In this document: positions 63,217-64,000 of the stretch, piece by piece
Layout: the number at the start of each line of letters is the position of its first letter
How positions within the stretch are numbered: position 1 is the stretch's first letter
NCBI GenBank assembly: GCA_963771175.1
Contig: CAVYSY010000030.1
Location: 64,001 to 128,000 of the forward strand
Source of the DNA: an uncultured delta proteobacterium
Lineage (GTDB): Bacteria > Myxococcota > Myxococcia > Myxococcales > Myxococcaceae
Length of the DNA stretch: 64,000 nucleotides
Direction: 5' to 3'
Translations under genes and position numbers: made by a program
The notes under the pieces: generated by a model
What the model was told of the DNA's origin: nothing
Database searches by the model: none
Seen by the model: the letters and a program-made list of their open reading frames with translations, nothing else

Positions 63217-64000
63217 ATGGCCAACAAGGTCAAGGCAGTCCTCATCGGCGGTACCGGCTACGGCGGCGCCGAAATCCTCCGCCGGCTCCTCTTCAACCCG
63301 AACGTGGAGGTGGTCCGCGTCACGGCGGTGGACAACATCGGCAAGAAGGTGGGCGACGTCCACTTCAACCTCGCTGGGCTCACCGACCTCTCCTTCCAGG
63401 AGATGTCCCCCGCGCAGGCCGTGGCCGGCGCCGACGTGGCCTTCCTGGCCATGCCCCACAAGACCACCGCCAAGGTGGTGCTGGACATCATCAACTCGGG
63501 CGTGCGGATCGTCGACCTGTCCGGCGACTTCCGCCTGCGCGACGCGGCCTCCTACGCGAAGTACTACGGCGTGGACCACCCGGCGCCGCGGATGCTCACC
63601 GACGGCGCCTTCACCTACGGCATGCCCGAGCTCAACCGCGAGGCCATTCGCACGGCGCGCTACATCGCCAGCCCCGGCTGCTTCGCCACCACCATCGCGC
63701 TCGGCCTGATGCCGCTGGCCAAGGCGGGCCTGCTCACCGGCCCCATCCACACCGTGGCCGCCACCGGCTCCTCGGGCAGCGGCGCCAACCCGCAGATTAC
63801 GACTCACCACCCGCTGCGCGCGGCCAACCTGCGCACCTACAAGCCGCTCGAGCACCAGCACATCCCCGAAATCCTCCAGACGCTGCGCATCGCCGGTGGC
63901 AAGGAGGACATGTCGCTGGAGTTCGTGCCCGTGTCCGCCCCGCTGCCGCGCGGCATCTTCTCCACCTCGTTCGCCGAGGTGCCCGCCTCCGTCACGCAGG
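63217..64000 (+). CDS. argC: N-acetyl-gamma-glutamyl-phosphate reductase (partial, runs off the window)
   Basis: Manual translation: MANKVKAVLIGGTGYGGAEILRRL, FLAMPH, VDLSGDFRL, YGMPE, IASPGCFAT, TGSSGSG, HQHIPEI. Confidence 0.93.
   Translation, partial: MANKVKAVLIGGTGYGGAEILRRLLFNPNVEVVRVTAVDNIGKKVGDVHFNLAGLTDLSFQEMSPAQAVAGADVAFLAMPHKTTAKVVLDIINSGVRIVDLSGDFRLRDAASYAKYYGVDHPAPRMLTDGAFTYGMPELNREAIRTARYIASPGCFATTIALGLMPLAKAGLLTGPIHTVAATGSSGSGANPQITTHHPLRAANLRTYKPLEHQHIPEILQTLRIAGGKEDMSLEFVPVSAPLPRGIFSTSFAEVPASVTQ

Overview
High-GC DNA whose gene content (MYXO-CTERM sorting signal, Cys-rich secreted proteins, many lipoproteins, Mx162-like retron) points to a myxobacterium, probably Archangium/Cystobacter-like; this assignment is inference. 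Many conserved genes (mpg, ECF sigma, rlmN-like, aceB, fumC, eutBC) carry single-base frameshifts, most likely assembly indel errors. About 1-43 kb is mostly housekeeping or metabolic: glyoxylate shunt aceB-aceA, fumC, clpP, DNA repair genes, a yhaO/yhaN-like nuclease pair, an MCP fused to a peptide-binding domain, and a Tat-lipoprotein EutB-EutC fusion. The most notable part is a defence-like island at about 43.9-55.3 kb. It holds a tightly coupled operon of a WGR/beta-propeller protein, a WGR/HEAT-repeat protein, a SWIM zinc-finger protein, a structured msr-msd ncRNA (50045-50315) and a retron reverse transcriptase. An OLD-type ATPase-TOPRIM nuclease follows, cleanly split by a 1206-bp IS630 element. 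Further right lie a stand-alone OspC/TccC-toxin-like ORF beside a truncated cardiolipin synthase fragment, nth, an immunity-gene remnant, a GNAT and the start of argC.
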